Origin: Thalia democratica
Taxonomy: Eukaryota
Direction of reading: 5' to 3'
NCBI GenBank assembly: GCA_965202585.1
Contig: OZ241827.1
Location: 36,084,001 to 36,148,000, forward strand
DNA length: 64,000 nt
The notes under the pieces were generated by a model that was not told where the DNA came from, ran no database searches, and saw only the letters and a list, made by a program, of their open reading frames with translations. Shown here one piece after another: positions 63,662 through 64,000 of the stretch. How positions within the stretch are numbered: position 1 is the first letter of the stretch; each line of letters begins with the position of its first letter. The position numbers were made by a program, and so were the translations under genes.

Positions 63662-64000
63662 CTGGGCCAAAATGAATTGTTACATAAATAACAAATTTTA
63701 ACAAAATTAATTATATAAAACATTAAATGCAATAAACAAAATAACATGTTTCAGTAATAAATATAGACATTTCAACAAAGAAATTAAAAAAAAACTAGAT
63801 AAAAAAAAATTACTTAATTCAACACATTTATACACAGACCTAAAAAACTGATTTAAGTATTTAAACTAGTACACAAGTCACACATTAATTAAAGTGCTAA
63901 AAAAGAAACTATTGAAACTATTTTGTAAAACAAAGAAAAACTATTAAAGCAATTTAAGTGTTAGGTAAAAACTATTTATATTCTACAAATATATTAAAAT

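Overview
Very AT-rich animal genomic DNA with spliceosomal GT-AG introns. The gene and transposon content is consistent with a hydrozoan such as Hydra, but the organism is an inference. Two host genes lie on the minus strand: (1) a two-exon ALDH8A1-type 2-aminomuconic semialdehyde dehydrogenase (8215-12373); (2) the 3' two-thirds of a CELSR/Flamingo adhesion GPCR (27 phase-consistent exons, 63661 down to 35069, covering EGF, LamG, laminin-EGF, HRM, GAIN/GPS, 7TM and tail). Its GPS motif lacks the His and Thr/Ser residues needed for autoproteolysis. Between the two genes (about 12850-24960) is a dense nest of truncated Penelope-like retroelements (PLEs; RT plus GIY-YIG), mostly separated by (TA)n tracts and often in inverted pairs. 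The nest holds about 19 minimal type I hammerhead ribozyme (HHR) motifs of several sequence families on both strands, and one more degenerate motif lies at about 30019. Every intact motif has a very short palindromic stem III (ACTCGAGT, ACATATGT, ACAGCTGT, near-palindromic ACTTAGT), which implies dimer-dependent cleavage. The nest also contains a 251-nt retrozyme-like tandem unit and a substrate-only half-site. The rest of the window holds hAT, Mutator-like and foldback-like DNA transposon relics, three more Poseidon-type PLE relics and a GC-rich 44-bp minisatellite. All coordinates were derived by hand and may be off by a few bases.
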